Shown here: in pieces, positions 62,560 through 64,000 of the stretch
Layout: the number at the start of each line of letters is the position of its first letter
Numbering within the stretch: the first letter of the stretch is position 1
Assembly (NCBI GenBank): GCA_963845755.1
Contig: CAWJTV010000001.1
Span: forward strand, 128,001 to 192,000
Length of the DNA stretch: 64,000 bases
Direction of reading: 5' to 3'
Origin: an uncultured Planctomycetota bacterium
Lineage (GTDB): Bacteria; Planctomycetota; Planctomycetia; Isosphaerales; Isosphaeraceae
Made by a program: the position numbers and the translations under genes
The notes under the pieces: generated by a model
What the model saw: only the letters and a program-made list of their open reading frames with translations
The model's database searches: none
What the model was told of the DNA's origin: nothing

Positions 62560-64000
62560 ACGATCACCTCGCATTGTAATATCAGGGAAGATGGGGCACG
62601 CATTATCAAAATCTTGCTGTACGTCGGCGATCGCGTCGTGCTAGCCGCGGGTCTCCTACCGGTGCCCGAGTCGGGCGAGATATTGCTAAAGATCCCGGAG
62701 CCGCCTCCGCTCCCGGGAGATGAGTCACATCGAAGGACATCGAAGACCCCTCGCGCTAGGAAGCGAGGGAGCGAACCCGCGCGGCCCCCAGGGACCAACC
62801 CTGCACCGGGAACAAAGACTGGCCATCCCCTGGGGATTCCCGGGCCTTCACACATGCATTATTTGTTAATTAGGAACCGACGACGAAGTCGTGATTGCAC
62901 GGGGTCGGCCGCGAGCGAGGCCGGCCTGGGAGTATTCTGACGCTCCGCGACTCATACCCTAGGAGGTATGAACATTATCACGAGAGCCATTAGAACATAG
63001 CGGTGGCATAGTATCGTCGAGCGGTGCGGGAAAAGTCAAGGATTCACAAACAAATTCCAGGTTCCAAATCACTTGACGACGAGCATCTTTTGGCCCTCCT
63101 TAATAAAGAATCTCGATCATTCAAAGAGACGACTTTGGCAGGATCTGCGAATGACACCGGCGTACCATGGCGTTCCCATCGAGGAAGGCCCTTGACTCAC
63201 CCCTTCACGCCGCAGCCCTGCCCCTAACCTCCTTTCCGTTCTCCGCGGTAGGCCCGCATCGCGTGGCATTCGGGGATCCCGACGTCCGATCCGCATCCCA
63301 CTCCCGACCGGCGCGATCGATCGGTCGATACACGGATCCATCGCGGGTGGATGGAATCGCGCGGCCTCGAGGATCGGAAAGGTCGGCGTCGAGCCACAGA
63401 CGAACTCTCAACGTTGATCTCGGTCCGCGCATCCTCCGGGGACGGAGGACCGGGTCGACTTTGCGGGATGTCGATCGACGACTCCTCCGGTCTTCGGCCG
63501 AGCGACGGCGCACCGAAGGCACGAAGCTTTTCCGATCGGGCCATCTGCGCCGGCTGGCTGACCGCTCCGTCGCCGACTCGCAGGGCAACACGGACCCCGC
63601 CCCGATCACTCCGAGTCACCATTCTATGATGCTTGTGGTTATGCATAAATCCATTCACGAAATTGCTTCTTCATAAATCAGGGCCGTCGAGTTCGCCCCC
63701 ACGGTCCACGCACGACGGCCCGCGGGGTTCATCGAGGCGGTACAGTGCCGACCGTGTATCGCCCCTCACTGCATTCCGGACCTCGGGACTCCCCTCTGCA
63801 GATGGCAAGAAGCTGCTCGACCCTCAAGGGCGGTGCGACCGCCAATCCCACCTCGGCAAGGGCCAGGTCTCGGCCCCATATGGTGTCCGCCGTCCTCGAT
63901 CCCGGTCACCGACGGGCCTCATCCCCCTGCCCGAGACGTCGAACACGTCAAACGCTCCCTGAGCGGTCCTCTCGTGGAATTCAATAAGATTTGCGCAATC

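Noticed and set aside
63000..64000. Several 70-170 aa ORFs at the window end
   Set aside because: Overlapping, Arg/Ser/Pro-rich and motif-free; no supportable gene call.

Overview
GC-rich bacterial chromosomal window. Its gene families (LEPRxLL leader, ECF sigma/Ser-Thr kinase pair, double-length UvrA, PEP-CTERM, ELWxxDGT) point to Planctomycetota, probably Isosphaeraceae-like (inference). Nearly every long gene, housekeeping ones included, has single-base frameshifts, most simply explained by long-read assembly errors; genes are reported as reconstructed full-length units. Left to right: partial urtA; glycerol dehydrogenase; TlpA redoxin; a conflict-island-like block (HEPN gene broken by IS630 plus its coupled partner, a CHAT protease-STAND NTPase-TPR protein plus a small hydrophobic ORF, an HNH/antitoxin pair); tandem-fused uvrA with in-frame REP-derived inserts; ISAzo13 inserted in a REP; epimerase; a secreted STN-like/Gly-Met gene and the next ORF, joined across an A9 run; HtrA; a sigma54 activator; a DUF433-Doc pair; an ECF/kinase pair; an ECF-dihaem fusion; dusB; a methyltransferase; a large lipoprotein; a WXG100-FtsK type-VII-secretion-like operon; two PEP-CTERM paralogs; and a large duplicated ELWxxDGT surface protein. 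No rRNA, tRNA or CRISPR array was seen. The best candidates for uncharacterised systems are the minimal WXG100/FtsK operon and the CHAT-STAND-TPR plus small-partner module.
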